Shown: positions 26,917 to 41,319 of the stretch, in pieces
Position numbering within the stretch: the stretch's first letter is position 1
How the letters are laid out: each line of letters starts with the position of its first letter
Source of the DNA: Syncephalis fuscata S228
Lineage: Eukaryota; Fungi; Zoopagomycota
Assembly: GCA_025786725.1 (NCBI GenBank)
Contig: JAHLTZ010000059.1
Coordinates: 1-64,000 of the forward strand
DNA: 64,000 nucleotides
Direction: 5' to 3'
Made by a program: the position numbers and the translations under genes
The notes under the pieces: generated by a model
What the model saw: the letters and a program-made list of their open reading frames with translations, nothing else
Database searches by the model: none
What the model was told of the DNA's origin: nothing

Positions 26917-29900
26917 ATGGTGCAATCACATACAGTCAAGCATTCAGGGGTGGCCACTACCAACGGCATTTACATAGATGACAGTAGCACAACGGACAGC
27001 GATCATGGCAAGGCGGTACGCATTCTCGAAACACCTCCGCGTCGTCGTCAACAGCAAACAAAGCTTTTTCAGTGGATCAAATCGCCTAGTATCGATAGCA
27101 ATAGCGAGCATCACCATCGAAGTACTACAGATATAAAGTCACCCACGCCAACAAAGCGAACGATTCTCGGCCAACATACTAATCTATCAAATTATTGTAA
27201 ATTGACTGGTGACCATTCGGAGTTGGTGTCTGATGACATATCAGATCATACAAAAGAGCCAATAACACTATCATCATCGATGTCACCATTATCAACTAAT
27301 AAGAATGGCCATGGCAGTATAAAACAATCAACAAGCCATATTATGGATCCATTATCAATTAATGATGATCTATATAGTGAGGAGCCCAGTGAACTATTAC
27401 CACTTAATCCAGTTCGACGACGCGTAAAAAGAATTATTGATAGTCCTGAACCAGAATCATTTATAGCTAATGATGATGGAATTGAAGAGAAAGAAGAAGA
27501 AGAAGAAGAAGGAGAAGAAGAAGAGATATTGCAACAATCGTATAAAAATAACGAGAATCTATTAAATAGAAAGCGGTCATCTATCGAATCAGAACCAATG
27601 GATGTAGACCAGGATCCGTTAATGATATTCAACGATGATATACAAACAGCAAATAGAAAGCGGCGACTTGTTACTAGAGCAGATTCAATTAAACCAATTG
27701 AAATGGATATTCAAGCACCATTAGTAGACATAAATACGCCAACTATTGATTTAACAGCTATGGTGAAGACACACCGTTGGATACCATTGATATTGATAGT
27801 GACGACACTGACGAGGATATGGACGAACAAAGTGAAAGCACAGTAGAGTTCTTTAGTAATGCATCACAACAAGAATTACAAGATGCATTGCGTATTAGTG
27901 ATAAACAAGCAGTGACCATTATTGAACAGCGTCCATTTACCGATATCGATCATCTATATACACTGTTAGGCAAGGCACGTGGTGTATCAGCACAGCTTAT
28001 TAACCGTTATGAAGAAATGATAGAAGGATATGAAGCAGTTGATAAGTTGATTAAACATTGCCAGAATGAATCTAAACGCGTAGTGCCACCCACCATATCT
28101 GAAGAAATGTTTGCCATTATGACAGAGGCACAACAACCCACTGGATTAGCACCGGATTTAAATTAAAAGGCTATCAAGTAGCCGGTGTTCAATGGCTGAC
28201 TTCACTCTATAGCAATCAATTAAAGGCGGCATATTAGCTGATGAAGTAAGTATCAATTGCTATTATAGATGTTAGTATTAATATAATGTCTATATGTATT
28301 CGATTAGATGGGATTGGGCAAGACGGCACAAGTCATTGCATTTCTATCCGAGTTACGGCATAGTTTAAACGAAGAAGGACCTCATTTAATTATTGTTCCA
28401 TCATCAACACTTGGTTAGTTAGTTTATTAATGAATTACCATAATTAATAGTAATTATTACTGTTGTTATTATTATTATAGATAATTGGTTAAGAGAATTC
28501 GAAAAGTTTTGTCCAAGTTTACGGGTCATTTCATATTATGGTAAGTAATTAAATATTGTATTGTATTGTATTGTATTGTATTTATTATATTTATTTGAAT
28601 ATAGGCAGTCAAACAGAGCGTAGGGAATTAAGAGAAGATATTCTTAGTTTACGTCATACAGATACAGACTATCATGCCGTTATTTCAACGTAAGTATTTC
28701 ATTGTTGTAGCTTATAATGGCGTTAATCCTATTGGGATGAATAGATACTCTGTTGCCACTTCGGATAAACATGATAGGATATTTATGCGTAAAATGCATT
28801 TCAAGGTAAGCATGGCTAGAATATTGATTAGTATTGACTGTAACATCAATAGACTATGATACTTGATGAAGGGCATATGGTGAAGAACTTTACCAGCGAT
28901 CGATATGTTAAGCTTATGAGTATCAATGTTTCATTTCGTCTTTTACTCACTGGAACACCATTGCAAAATAATCTACAAGAACTGTTGTCGCTATTAACCT
29001 TTGTGATGCCACTTAATAAAGAACATGATGTGGCAACAATGCGTTGTGTATTTCGGCCTGTATCAGTGGCCGAGATTGACGGACAAGGTAATAGAAGAGC
29101 GGCTAAATTTGCTCTATTGTCGGTCAACGTATGAATCGGGCCAAGAGTATGTTGGATCCATTTATCCTACGACGTCGTAAGGCTCAAGTAAGTTGTTAGC
29201 TATTTAAAAATATTTACTAATAACTAGACTAGGTATTAAAAGACTTGCCCAAAAAGATCCGTTATCAGATTACATGTTCAATGACGCCATTTCAACGACG
29301 GGTCTATGCACAAATTGATAAAAGATCGCGTGATCAATGCCAACAAGAAACGGAGAATCAATCGGCTCAATCCAGTGCAGTCATTCAATTACGTAAAGCA
29401 TCGTGTCATCCACTTCTATTCCGCACCCTTTATACCGATAAAATGTTACATAAAATGGCCACTAATTTATTAAAGGTAAATAGCCAGTAGTGGATGTCTA
29501 TAGGATAGATACTGAATGAAGCAATAGGAACCGGATTACTACGACTCAGAACATCAATATCTAGTAGAGGATATGCAAGTAATGAGTGATAGTGAATTAC
29601 ATAATTTATGTAAAAAGTTTAAAGTAAGTAGTTAGTAATGTAGTATTAATAACTAATGTACTGTTATAGCATATTAATTCATATCGATTAAAGAATAACG
29701 AATGGATGGATGCCGGTAAAGTAAAGGAGCTGTGTGATATTATTGATAAAGCAAAAGAAAAGGTAATTAGTATAGATACAATATGTATGTATGTATATAT
29801 TATTTAAACTGTCTATTAGAATGATCGTGTTTTAGTATTTAGCCAATTCACTATGGTACTTGATGTTTTAGAATTAGTAATGGAAACAAGAAATGAAAAC

Positions 29901-30562
29901 TATCTACGTCTTGATGGCAATACTAAAGTGGATACAAGGTAAATAACATTCATATTAACATAATGATTAATTGTTAATATTATTTAGACAAGATATGCTT
30001 GATACATTTGCCACAGATACATCTATTTCTGTATTTCTACTATCTACAAAGGCAGGTGGATTTGGTCTTAATATTACTGCGGCCAATGTAGTCATACTCT
30101 ATGATCCCGACTTTAATCCACATAATGACCGACAAGCTGAAGATCGGGCTCATCGAGTGGGTCAAACCAAAGATGTTACTATTTATAAACTTATCAGTCA
30201 AGGATCCATTGAGGTAACTAGCCTCGTCTATCCATTAATTATTTAACATTTATTTATTTATTATTTATTGCTATTTAGGAATATATGATTCAATGTGCTA
30301 AATTAAAATTAAAACTTGATAAAAGTTTACGTGGTCGATCAGGATCTGCAGTATCTGGCGATAAAGCAGTATCCGATAATAGTGGTAATTAGTAATTCTA
30401 TTTAACTATTTACTATATACTAACTAATTGACACTCATTGTATTAATTATAGATGATAGCGATAGTGATGCAGATGACGATAATCAACGCAAGATTAATG
30501 ATGCACTACGAATGACTACACTACGACAAGCATGGCTAGCATCTCAATTGATAGAAGAATGA
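26917..30562 (+). CDS. FUN30: SNF2-family chromatin remodeller Fun30/SMARCAD1
   Basis: [122 protein letters not shown]. Confidence 0.88.
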
Positions 30563-30641
30563 TGGAATTATACGAATACTACAATGAATTCTATTTAAAA
30601 TAAACCTATTTATTTTATGGTATGCAATCAATCTTATCCTA

Positions 30642-33475
30642 TTAATCCTGTGGCTGTTTCCCTTCAGCTTTATCCATTTGCATTAACTGACGAGCCAGTG
30701 TAATAGCCCGTTGAAATTCACGTCTTGATTTCCCCTCTTCATTTGTATCAGTATTAGCTTGTTCATCTTCATCGCCTAGTTCTTTAGCATAGTCTACAGT
30801 ATATATTATTAATGAATAATTAATTACTAGTTAAATGATCAATACTTGCCTAATAAATCTCGACTAACATCTTCGAGTGTTGTGCTATTACGTCGTAATA
30901 ACATACGAATATGATTTAATAGCTATATTGGATGGTTTAATTCTGTTAGATGGTCATACTACACACACACACACACACACACTATAATATAGCTATATTT
31001 ACCTTGTTATCCATAAGTGCTAGTTGAGCAATAACTAGATCGGCCATCTGTACAGTAAATAATCCTGCATCGAGTCGACGTAAATAAATGAAATCTGGAT
31101 TAAGTTCTGAATCATCGTCATCACTATCACCATTTGATTCATGTTTGGCCATTTGCTCATACTATTGAATTAATAAATATAGATCAGTACACTGGGTGAT
31201 GTACTTATGGTATGGGACCTACAGTGCGTTTACGTTGTCGTTTCTGCTGTTCAGCAATAATGCTATCAACTGCTGTCACTTTAGATTGCCAATGACTACG
31301 TAATTCAATTAAGCGATTTACTTTTTCCATATTGTCATCAATGAATTTAAATAACATTCGATCACGGGCTGATAATGTATTACTAGATTCAGAGGATAGT
31401 GGTGATGGATTATCCGTCTTTGTTGTAATAGTGGGCAGTGAACGGAATAGTGCAGCAAATATAGCCATAATATGTTCTAATAATAACCATTCTTATTATT
31501 AATCTAATGAGAGTAATGGTAATAGTGTGACATACCTTCATCTTCAGATTCAGAAAATGATTTATATACTTTTTTAATCTTCTTATTGCCCTATTACAAT
31601 AATAAAATAATTATAGTGAGTAATCCTACATCTATCTATCTATCTATCTATCTATCTATATTCTATATGTTATATACCTTTTGCATAAATGCAGAGAATA
31701 ATGGACCAAGTCCACGGGCATCAACTAATCTTTGAGCACAGGCTGTAGATGCCATATCATGTCCACCAACTGCGTGACTAATTACTTTAAGTGCTCGTAA
31801 TCGAGCAAATTTCTTTTCTCTATTCATATCGATAGCCATACCACTAATAAATAAAGCGATGATTATAATTATTCTAATACTTACTTTAAAAGAATAAGCA
31901 TTAGTTCAATACCTTCTGATTTAAAGAATGCTTCACGTCCCTCTGGTTCCAATAGTACTGAACACAGTATATTAAATAGGTTTTCTACATGTTCCTCTAC
32001 TTCAATATCCTCTGGATCACGTCGTTTATATATCTATTCATCATCACAAATATTAAATATAACTAGACTAATTAACTGATTAACTTACTGCTAGTCCACG
32101 CAATAATACATCCATGCCACCCTTTGTGACCAATAATACACGATTGGCTATATTAAATATTAATAATATGCTAATATTGCACATCCGCTATAGTATCTAC
32201 CTTGTTGTTCTTGTACAAAGATGGCCAATAGTTCACTGGCATAGTTTCTATTAGAATCAGATTCACGTTGTCCAATACGTGACAATAGCCACTCCAGTAA
32301 TGCTGTACTATTTAGAATAGTGCGGGCATGTTGTTGATCAACAGAAATCATATTTTCAAATACACCTATTATAATATTAATATACACGTAAAAGTATATA
32401 ACTATAATTACCTAATGTATAAAATATGCCTTGACGGTCAGCTGAATTGGATTCATCAAGTCGTTTTAAATTATGTACAAGCATTTCTGGGGCCTGTTCT
32501 TCAATCTATTATGGTTATTGTGGTTATTATCTTAGTACTATTGCTAATACTATAACTATAATATAACTTACCAATGCTTCAACAAACTTTTGTATGGCTT
32601 CTTCATTCTCTTCCGTCACCAGTTCTTCATCTAGTAACTCGTTTAACAATTCAACTACATCGATAGAAATATCTGTATTATCATGTCCTAACAAGCCTAG
32701 AATCGATGGTATCGAATTCTGTTTAATAAGTTCAGGATACAAATGAGGTGCCTGTGATAATGCCAATAAATGTTTAATTGACTCGTCAAGGTCAGCTTCA
32801 GAGTCTCCAAATCTGTCATTCAGTGTTAATAGACTGATTAGTTATTATAGTTATTTATATTGCTATTACTTACTTGACTGGATTATTGGGATATTTAAGT
32901 CGCATCATTTGATTCTTATTAATTGAATCTTCCAACTTTAACAACATTCTACGTACACCTTGTACATCAAGACGTTCAATCTATACAATATATAATATAC
33001 AATATATGTTATAGAGCATCAATACAAGTAGGTTGTTAATTCATTAACTTAATAGTTAATCTATTTCTAACCATACTTACCTTGATATCTTCGGCTGCAT
33101 CGACTAAAGATAACAGCTCAGCATAATCTTCATCAACACCTGCTTCATAGAATCGACCGTCTTCTTCCTCTTCTTCTTCTGTAGTGCCATTGCGATGCGA
33201 TAATTGACTTTCCGGTAACTCATCTTCAATTAATACGCGATCATGAAATGAGACCTCTTTTTTACTTTGTCGTTGGGTTACGTGTGTCGCGTCATTCTCT
33301 GGTGTTGTAGACAATTTACGCTTTAGAGTGGTCTTCGTCGGACTCTATTATTATAGATATAGATATAGATATATAGATATAATGATAAGATATAATATCA
33401 TGGTGGTGCATTCCTCGTATAAGCTATCTCTATAGTCTCTAGTTTACCCACCTTAAATATAGAATCAATATCCAT
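30642..33475 (-). CDS. CTNNBL1: Beta-catenin-like protein 1 (Prp19/CDC5L spliceosome complex)
   Basis: MDIDSIFK, KNQMMRLKYPNNP/..SEADLDESIK, LLGHDNTDISIDVVELLNEL, NRNYASELLAIF, ARDRMLFKF, YLRRLDAGLFTVQ. Confidence 0.92.
30961..30982. repeat. (AC)n microsatellite in a CTNNBL1 intron
   Basis: acacacacacacacacacacac. Confidence 0.9.
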
Positions 33476-34118
33476 GTTTACACGATACAACAGTTAGAAC
33501 GCGGCGCCTATTATGTATATTTATGTATATGACACTGAATACAACACGATGTAACAGTACCGTGATAGTCAACAGTTGGTTAACAATAATCAATAGTAAA
33601 ATGATGAGGTGTGCGCTATTATAACACTTTATTTTCATAAACATGGAGTAATACGTAGTTTATTAAAAACTCTATAAATAATTTAACATTTATTATTATT
33701 ATTATATCATTTAACTATTGAACTATAAGTAAATAGAATGTAGATAAAATTCAGTTTATAGTTACATGGATTACTGTAAAAGTAATAAAATGATATCGAC
33801 ATAAACAAATGATGAATAAATATACAATAGCATAATTTTTTACTACCACTATACTTGTATCTATATTGGTGAATTTATATACTATCGTTTGATTCTGAAT
33901 AGATTTATTATTTAATTATCTAATTATTTGGTTTTTGTAAAATATTTTAATAACCACAATAGACGTATAATTAAACATTTGATAGCCATTTTGTTATTCA
34001 ATATAGGGGTTCTTAGTGTAAACTTGGTTTTATTTGTTTTACTAAACAGTAACGTAGTAAAACATCACCATAGGGAGAGACGATGCCATATAACGTGCAG
34101 TTGAAAAAGAAAAGCTAT

Positions 34119-34712
34119 TTACTCTTCAACCACTTGAGTCTGGAGACCTGTCATATTACCATTCATTAGCCATTATATCAACTATTCGAGCGGCTATCCC
34201 GTCGTATGATAGCCCTACTATTAATACTTACCCTTGAAGTTGGTCACTGGGACAAAAGTCACGAAGGTGAAAAGCTTGTCGGCAGCCTCCTCATCGTCAC
34301 TGCGACGGCGAGCCAAGCGCAGACGAATGCGGTGTGGCACGTTACGGACACCACGGCCCCAGACTTGCTCGTTCAAGCTTGGGTCGATGCGGACATCCTT
34401 GGTGCCCATATGCTTGGTGGCGAAAGCCTTAATAGCCTTGATGGCAGATGGAGCACGTTCCTTGAAACCACTATCATTGATATAAAATAATTAATGTGTT
34501 GTATATAAATGTATAAATGTGTATAAAGATATACAGTATGGTAAGTTTAACACATCCATGACACAGCGTGTCGTTCCAAGTCTATCACGCGCCAATAACG
34601 CATCATTGTCTATAACTTACCGGCCGTGAATGTGACGGTGGAGATGGAGGGTGTATTCGCGAGTCACCACTTCGGCGATCGTGGACCGCTTGGTCTGGTT
34701 GTCCTTGGCCAT
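34119..34712 (-). CDS. RPL31: 60S ribosomal protein L31 (eL31); two CDS introns plus a 5'UTR intron (~34715-35151)
   Basis: MAKDNQTKRSTIAEVVTREYTLHLHRHIHG/..FKERAPSAIKAIKAFATKHMGTKDVRIDPSLNEQVWGRGVRNVPHRIRLRLARRR...FK/GLQTQVVEE*. Confidence 0.97.
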
Positions 34713-35577
34713 TGCTATGACAAACAAACAAACAAATATATACGTTAGTATCAATAGCAAATATGACTATGACTAGTATTATGCGGCTATGGACTATAGT
34801 CAATTTTGTAGAATAGATTGCTAGTGAATCTACAGCACGTACACTCTATACATTCCAAATAGTAATATACTGCACTGTTCATGTATACCGTCTAGCTATT
34901 ACCACTACCCGTAACATTGTAACAGTGTCAAGTAATAGTAGTAAATAGCTAGACGCAACAATAACCACCACTAGTATACTATATACTATTTTAGTATTGC
35001 TATATTCGCCAATGTTTTTGTCTATTCATCTAACATGCTGTATATCATCCATCCATCTTTCTATTTATCTATCCATCCATCCATCCATCCATTCTTATGA
35101 ATTGAATCGCTATAATGACCAATATTGAACTATATTGTCATGAATACTCACCTCCAATAGATAGAACGCGTCGACGGTTCTGGTTGAACTGGAAAGGATG
35201 GAAGAGGCCGTTCCTTGTGGCGGATGATGGCCCACCCACTGCGGATCACTCTCCCCCACTCGGAAATTGGTTTGATCTCAGTCTATATTTATGACTCGTT
35301 TCAGTTTAATTTCAATAAATGGCAATGCATCGTTGATAATCCATCTATGTTAGTAATCTTCTTTGCCATTGGCTTAGATCAAACGCAGTAGCTATGTTAG
35401 TTATTTAAACAAATAAAGCATATCTTTCTCCCTCTATCTGTGTGAGTTATTGTCTATCTTTCTTCTTAGCAATTGCTACAAGCTTGACTTTAGCAGTAGT
35501 ATTTGTAGTAAGAGTGCAAAATTGCAATAGTTGGTTTGTAGTTTTAATACAGTATGAATACCAAACACGCTGTATCC

Positions 35578-36988
35578 ATGTCGTCGCCAGAAGAAAATAC
35601 GCCAGTACTTCGTGACCGTTTACGCGGTTTTGCAGCTGGTATTGCATCCGGTGTAAGCAAATTGGTTATTGGCCACCCTTTTGGTAAGTGGAACTATGTC
35701 GATGCATCTTATTGGTAATAATAAAGAAGTGTATTTATTGTACAGATACGTTAAAGGTACGCCTACAAACTGAAGGAGGGGCTGGCCGATTTAACGGTTT
35801 AACCGACTGTTTACTATCAACAATACGCAAGGTCAGTATTATGTATGTTATGTTATTTATACGCCAATGTTGATGAATGGGGAACTGTAGGAGGGCATAT
35901 TTGCATTGTACAAGGGTAGGTGTGCAATATTAACAACACCTTTAATCTAACTAGTTGCACATTATAGGTGCTACTCCGCCATTAATCGGATGGATGTTTA
36001 TGGACTCTATTATGTATGTAAACATGGATCGACAATAGCTAGTTTCTATTGATGGTTTTAAATAGGTTGGGCTCATTGTCAAATTACCGACTACTATTGC
36101 AAAAAGGAGATAAAACAAAGCCGTTGTCGATTAAGCAACACGCCATTGCAGGTTGTGGTATGTTGTTATTGATCCACCCATTCAGAGTATTGGCTGAATG
36201 AGCTATTTAGGCGCTGGATGGACTGTTTCTTTAGTGGCTACACCAGTAGAGCATATTAAGGCGCGTCTACAAGTGCAGTATGGCGACAAAGCCACACGTA
36301 CCTATACTGGACCTATTGATTGTGCCCGTAAATTGGTAGGCTATTAGCTATTAGTTGTATTTATAGCATTAATTGAGTATTAGATTCACAATAATGGCAT
36401 ATTTGGTTTGTGGAAAGGATTAGGATTGACACTAGCGTTTCGTAGTTTCTTTGGTGCATTCTGGGGTAGTTACGAGGTAAGTAAGACGGTAATAAGTAAT
36501 GCAAATTGTTGAATACAGTATTTCATTGTAGATTTATTCAAGAAAGTTGCGCAGTTTAGGTTATGATAAAAACACCGTTAGCTTTATTGCTGGTGGACTG
36601 GCCGCCAATACTTATTGGACATTGGCATTTCCAGTTGGTGAGTATTTATTTATGTTATGCGTTGATTATTTATCCACATTTAACGCAATAGATGTTGTTA
36701 AGAACCGATGGATGACGCAACCTGACGTAAAACCACCGCGCTATCCCAATGTAATGGCTGTATAAATGATGTGTATCGAGTAGGCAAGTAAAATACACTT
36801 TTAAAAATAGACAAACTGACTAGTAACTACCAAAGAGGGGCTTCGTGGTTTTTATAGAGGTAAGTAAGTGGAGTTTTGTTACAATTAGCTTATTATGGCT
36901 ATTAGGATTTTTGCCAGCATTCTTACGTTCATTCCCTACCAATGCGTGTGCAGTAACTGTGTTTGAAGCATGTATGAGATATCTGTAA
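35578..36988 (+). CDS. Mitochondrial carrier (SLC25; carnitine/ornithine/Ymc-like subfamily), about 11 exons
   Basis: Three signature repeats GHPF/DTLKVRLQ, TPVEHIKARLQ, FPV/DVVKNRWM; EGLRGFYRG, RSFPTNA. Confidence 0.92.
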
Positions 36989-37016
36989 TTTACTATATAA
37001 AATAAAATATTTATTT

Positions 37017-37163
37017 TTTATTAATAACCATAGTGTGTTTGGTGCAAATGACTACATTTAATAACGTTCAATTTATTGAACATGATGATGAGTGGCGAGT
37101 GACATCAATCATCAAAATACTCATCATCTATTAGATTAGTCATTGGTTACTGAATCACAATAT
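37017..37163. repeat. Dispersed ~150 bp repeat R2, copy 1
   Basis: Reverse-complement match to 44654-44804 (ttattaataaccatagtgtg...gcaaatgacta...catcatctatta...aatcacaatat). Confidence 0.85.
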
Positions 37164-37296
37164 TACTAAAAAGTTATTGTCAGCTTAAAATGTTTAGTTT
37201 AATATGTTCGATATTCAGGTCGCCATGTTATTTTTATTTAGTCCAAAGGCCCGTTGGGTTTCAAGCAACTTATTCGTTTTTTGATTTATTTCATTA

Positions 37297-38860
37297 TGTC
37301 GATTTAGAATAATAACGCATTGCCAAAGATATGACAAATTGTTGAAGTAGTTCATCATATATCGCTGTTGAGTAAAATAGCTGTCTCTATTGCTTTGTTA
37401 CGTACTTGTAAAACATTGTATAATTCTATCATAAAATGCGATAGTCTATGGTACCAATTATACCAGCTTGATTTTCCCCGTGACATTGATACCGATATTG
37501 ACTGGTCAGAGTGGCAATTAGAACAAGAGCAACAAGTACCAAGAACAGTAGCTAATGTGGATAATGAAATAACGCCAATAGTTACTTACTTTAGCTATAC
37601 AGCCAGCGTATTGGCACGGGTTTAATTGGCAAAAAAAAAGCCAACATCAACAGTACATTTAAAATCATTTGTTATAACTCAAATAATAAGTTTAGAAATT
37701 ACTTGCTAGCAATTATTGCAAGTTATCCTGGCTGGTTTGCAATATCAACTGGCCGAGATTGGGATATTGATCTGATTGAACTCTTGTCGACAAATACAGC
37801 CAAAAATATCCACTAGATTGGATAAAACCCATCTAAAAGCGATAAAAGCCATAAGGTTTTATCAATATCGACAGCAAGTAAATGGCAACGATAAAGACTT
37901 GCGTTTAATTCTACATTCAAAATACGCTGGAAACACTCCAGAGGTACTTCAAGTATGAACACAAATCATCGCCAACTGCTACAGTCTATCAATCTCAATG
38001 GCGATTGGGATGGTAGAATTATAAATGCGTCCATGTTATTTTCCAATACCAAAGCGATGGCATCACTAAGCTGTTCTATAGGAATCTTTCAAAATTGCAA
38101 GTAGATGAGCCTCAGCGCATTAATGTATTGAACATTGGCCAATATAATAGGTTTAAAATACATACGGTAAACAATAACGAAATAGTCCTCCTGCAATGCG
38201 TTGTTTTGGGAATGGCAAGCTTGTATAAGATAATACGCGTTCTATAGACTCCTGATGCCAATTTGTTGATGACCGATTACGATACACCGAAAATAACTGA
38301 AATTGCATCAGAACGTTTGAATTTGCCCAACGACGCATCCACGCAGCAATTAGAAGCCTATTTGATTGACGGTGATCGTGTATTGTTTTTCTGCTGCTTT
38401 TGCCAACATAAAAGTGCTTTGAATGACAGTGTAAAAAGTTGGCAGCGTTACATCAGAGTAGTTTTCTTAAGCAAACGAACTATTTTTGAATGTTTTTATC
38501 CATCAAATAGTTATGAAAGCGTGCTTTTAATTCCTGCACATAGTTTGGTCGCATTTTACACGACATGCAGTCTGCCACTAGTTATCATTTCATTATTAGA
38601 TGGAAAGATCCAGCGTAGCATTGATATAAGCACCCTATGTGATACATTTTGTCAATTTCAGAACCTCATTGATACAAAAATTATTGGCTATAGTTATACC
38701 ACTAATCAATGTTGCATTATTGATATTGTAACAGGGAATGTAAACGTTTATCCATTTCCAATATCAAGGTGTATTATTTTAGACTTGCATTCGGGCACAT
38801 GCTATTGACGAATAAGAAAACAACACTTATTACAAGCTTTGCACCTGAATCTAATTCATA
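37297..38860 (+). pseudogene. Intronless F-box-like gene, disrupted by stops and frameshifts
   Basis: F-box-like segment IALLRTCKTLYNSIIKCDSLWYQLYQLDFP followed by a beta-rich region; several frame breaks; duplicated at 22818-24068. Confidence 0.65.
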
Positions 38861-39269
38861 ACAAAAACTTAAATATAATAAACATACCAATTTGCAATGT
38901 AATATAAAAGTGAAGTAATAGCGTACCAATTAAACAAATACCTTGTGTTTTGCAAATATTAACATATCATAACTAGTTACATTTGATATAATTACACTCA
39001 CCAATTATTTAATAATAATAGCAATGGTTTATTTAGCTAATTATCTTATTTATTTATATTGCTGTTACTATATTAATAAATATGTGGACTGGTTTATAGG
39101 CTCTACATAATGCAGCGGTTTTTAGATAGTAGTTTACTTAAAATGCTATTTTTAATACTTTCCCATGCACACTTTGTCCAATACATTATTATTTATATTT
39201 ATTAATACTAATAACTGATATGATTCGAGAATTAATGAGCAATTTTGTTATAAAAATAGCAACGACATG

Positions 39270-41319
39270 TTAAATGGTTGGATATACGTCTTCGTTGTGA
39301 TAATCATCAGCAAGATCGCCTCTCCAACTATGCAGTGAATGGCCAGTACCACTGTTAATAGAGTTGTTTATAAACGATGACACTGATAATGATTGCAGTG
39401 TATTAATAGGTTCTGGCGCAATGACATTTACCGGAAGATTGGCTATTTCGTTTTGAAAAATGCTGGCTTGAGAGGGAGTTGAATTGATGAGACCGCCATA
39501 ATGAGCCATTAATAAATGATCAGAATTAATTGAAAGCCTTAGCGTATCACGCACTCTGTCAGGCGAATCGCTTGCTGTGCTGTTGTTACATTGAACATAG
39601 TCATCGATGCTAAAAGTATCTTCACGTCGATCGGCACTACTTGTTTGCACTCTTACAGCTGCCTCAATGGCGGCTTTTTCCTCAGTCGACAGTATTTCAT
39701 CTTGATCAGCTATTAAAGATGTATTGCTTGGTATGGGTGTATCGGCACGGCTATAGCGTATTGTTGCTGCTGTACTGTTTGCAGTCTCAGCCATTTTTTC
39801 AACTGCATCAGCAAGTCCACGTAGCAGCAAATGATGCGAGTTCGACTCGCCACTTAAATTATGTGGACTGTTTGACCGTAGACTAGAGATGGTATCACGT
39901 GGCGATGTACTGGATTTTGTCGACGTATTCTCGTCCTCCAGCTCAGCGCTAGGCTTCAGTGTAATTATGACATCACTAATGCCCTCAGGACGACTTTCGA
40001 GGGTATTTGCGCGATTTACAATGATTGCCGTTGGTATCATTAGCGCATTGCCGTGCTGGGAGATACGCCAATCCACCGATGATGCCGACATGCTTTTTGG
40101 TCGATTGTTGCTCGTGCACTCACCTGTGTTTTCGACCATCAAAGAGTGGCTGGTCCACTGCTTTCCATTACTGTTTGGCGCAGCCATTAGGGCCGATGTT
40201 CGCCGGCTTGTTTTGACATTTACTTCTATATCACTTAATGTATCCCATTCATTTAATCCGGCATTATAGCGAGACTGTCGTGCGGTGTTTATAGTCATTT
40301 TGCTACTTGTATTTATGGAATTGTGTTGCGTCGACTGGCGAGCAATAGATGCTGCTTTTGCCGCCGAATTGATGTAAATACGCTTCATTATGACGAGTAC
40401 AATTCCAGGCCACCAAAAAATATGAATAGGTATTTCCATAATTAAAGAAAGCCAGAATCGACTCATTACTTGAGTGTGAAAAAATCCCCAAGTAATACAG
40501 ATTGATGTGCCACCAAAACAAACTAACCAATTGTAAAGAAAGGTGCGCTGTAGATGATGTACCGAGGCCATTTCTTGGCCATTGGCATTGGATGACTTGT
40601 GAAGTTTAGATTTTCTCGAATGATAATAAGCAAAGAAATGCAGTAGTAGCAAGCAACGGCGCCAAGTATTATTAAATTTATAGACCACATACTGTAGCCC
40701 CACTGTAGGCCCCAGTCAAACAATTCCCAGTCTCCAATGTCTGCGCCATGACCGCCTATATAGACGAATGGAGCCGTCAAGCAAGCACCCCAAAGCATAA
40801 GCACTGTAAAACAGCTGACAAATATCCAGCGTGACGGCACCCAAACTGTCAGCTGTGGACCATACATGTTTGGATCATTATCACAAACTGAATTGCCAAT
40901 CCCTCGAACAAACACTGGCGGAATAGCTTCAATAATACCGGCTAGAAACACGGTAACGCCCATAGACCAAACCAGTACGAAAAGTCATTGAAGAGTTCGC
41001 GTGTCGCAAATGTTGGTAGTGCATCGGTGAGTACCAGAATTGTTTGAATTAACCGGGTAACACATGCACCTAGAAAACAGCCTATCATTCCGTCGGCTGG
41101 CAGTCGAACTATCTTTCCTGATCCAGAGTCTGCCAGTAATGTTGGCCAAAGGTAATGCCAACGGTACCACAGTAAATAGCCACCAAATATAATTGGAACT
41201 GAATGTGCAACTAAACTGATATACATAATCCATCGATGAACCATTTCGTGTTCACACTCGTAGATAGAAAGCATCCAGTAGCATTCTCTTCCAAATGGTG
41301 CGGAATCTGGAAACCTCAT
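39270..41319 (-). CDS. Orphan 7TM receptor-like protein A (C-x-W-x6-C family); two apparent frameshifts
   Basis: ORFs 40942-41319, 40523-40963 and 39270-40703 overlap in series, giving CYWMLSIYEC, seven hydrophobic helices and a ~360-aa Ser/Thr-rich tail. Confidence 0.8.
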
